A stretch of DNA of 63,721 bases, filler included, from Octopus bimaculoides (Eukaryota): the NCBI RefSeq assembly GCF_001194135.2. It is 6 parts of 6 records of this genome, joined end to end, with 100 filler letters (N's around TTAATTAATTAA, not from the genome) between each part and the next. Parts side by side here need not be neighbours in the genome. Positions count along the whole stretch, not along the records: positions 62,636 to 63,721 come from NW_026397959.1; 5 more parts are not named here. One strand, 5' to 3'. Below the pieces are notes generated by a model. It had not been told where the DNA came from and did not search any database. It saw only the letters and a program-made list of their open reading frames with translations. How positions within the stretch are numbered: position 1 is the stretch's first letter; the number at the start of each line of letters is the position of its first letter. The translations under genes were made by a program, and so were the position numbers. Shown one piece after another: positions 62,536-63,721 of the stretch.

Positions 62536-63384
62536 NNNNNNNNNNNNNNNNNNNNNNNNNNNNNNNNNNNNNNNNNNNNTTAATTAATTAANNNNNNNNN
62601 NNNNNNNNNNNNNNNNNNNNNNNNNNNNNNNNNNNATATAATGGGGACACTAATTCAATAGAGACCATTTAAACTTTCGGACAGATAGATGACACAACGG
62701 CAGACAAAAAAAAAATAACAATTAGAAGGACAGGCAAAAAAACGGGTCATTCTTGGCTTTCTTTCTTGAGTCAAGTACCAGAAGTCACAACCAGTTTGTT
62801 GTGTTTGTCCCGAAAAATATCTAAGCTAAGAGCAGTAGACCCCTTTATAAGAAAGCTAGCATATGTGTACGGCAAGAAAGACAATAAAAGAAACAAGCAA
62901 AAACGGAGAACATGGTACAAAATTACGAATACAAACAACAAGAAAAAACAACAGGCGTCTTTCGACTGAGAACAATTCAAATTGAGGCGGCGTGTATGGA
63001 GTGAATGTCTATAGGCAGGGACATGTGAGATGGACACAACAAGTGTTGGCGGTCGGCAGTCAGGCCAAGAAAGAAAGATCATGGCTGGCAGGACAGCGGT
63101 CATGTGGAAAGAGGATAAATGTGCAGGGGTGAACGGGATTGATGGATTAGAAAAACATCAGAGACAAAGAGAAAGGTGCGGGGGAGATAAACGAGTGGGA
63201 AATAGTGGAAATTAAAGAAAGAGGGCGAAGAAATATGAGAGAGGAGGAGTAAGAGAAAGGAAGAAAAATGAGAGGGGGGTGAAAGCTAGAGTAAGAGTCA
63301 TATAAACTTTAGATACATAACTTCTATAAGGTGAGCACAAGAGTGTGTGTGCGCCGTTATATTTATATATATATATATATATAT

Positions 63385-63721
63385 AATCCTCATGAAACTG
63401 GAACGCCATGTGATCATATTTCTTATGGGTGATTTCAACTTCCCCATCGTCAAATGGCCCGAAGGTCTCATACTCTCAGGAATGACTTATCGCAAGCAAG
63501 CACATGTGGAATGGCTGCTCAACCTCACCAATGCCCTATTCATGGAGCAAACTGTTCTCAGACCAACTAGAGCGAATAACATTCTAGATCTCTGCTTCAC
63601 GAACAATACGGACATCATTCATGATGTGAAAGTGACGCCGACATTAATTTCGGATAACAACATAATAGAGTCGTCTATGTTTGGGCCAAAAGAAACCAGA
63701 GACATACAGCCTAAAGGAAGC
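63385..63721 (+). pseudogene. Second copy of the CR1-like family, APE endonuclease part, opposite orientation
   Basis: LMGDFNFPIVKW...PTRANNILDLCFTN...SDNNIIESSMFGPK, homologous to SDHNIIELTMYGPR at 62535-62490. Confidence 0.85.

Overview
Repeat-dense eukaryotic DNA with many N gaps and no host protein-coding exon, rRNA, genuine tRNA or CRISPR array that I can support. A mollusc-like cox3 numt, extreme microsatellite density and the SINE/LINE content suggest an octopod cephalopod (inference, not verified). Almost all ORFs in the supplied track are microsatellite, gap or antisense artefacts. Recognisable content: R4/Dong-type (RT plus restriction-like endonuclease) LINE fragments stacked in AAT/GAT microsatellites; CR1-like, RTE, L1/Tx1-like and Penelope-like remnants; two Helitron PIF1-helicase relics; a Tc1 transposase relic; several MITEs with TIRs/TSDs; several SINE-like families; and a cox3 numt split by an RTE insertion with a 10-bp TSD. 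Best leads: a degenerate type III hammerhead-ribozyme-like fold closed by a 28-bp stem (47721-47831), a minimal hammerhead-like motif (8785-8810), a non-coding partner element sharing the Dong microsatellite target, a SINE/CR1 shared 3' tail, and a Merlin-like MITE carrying telomere-like repeats and a captured SINE tail. Five identical 100-bp spacers (44N-TTAATTAATTAA-44N) are artificial joins, so adjacency across them is unreliable. All family assignments come from motif recognition by eye; no database searches were run.
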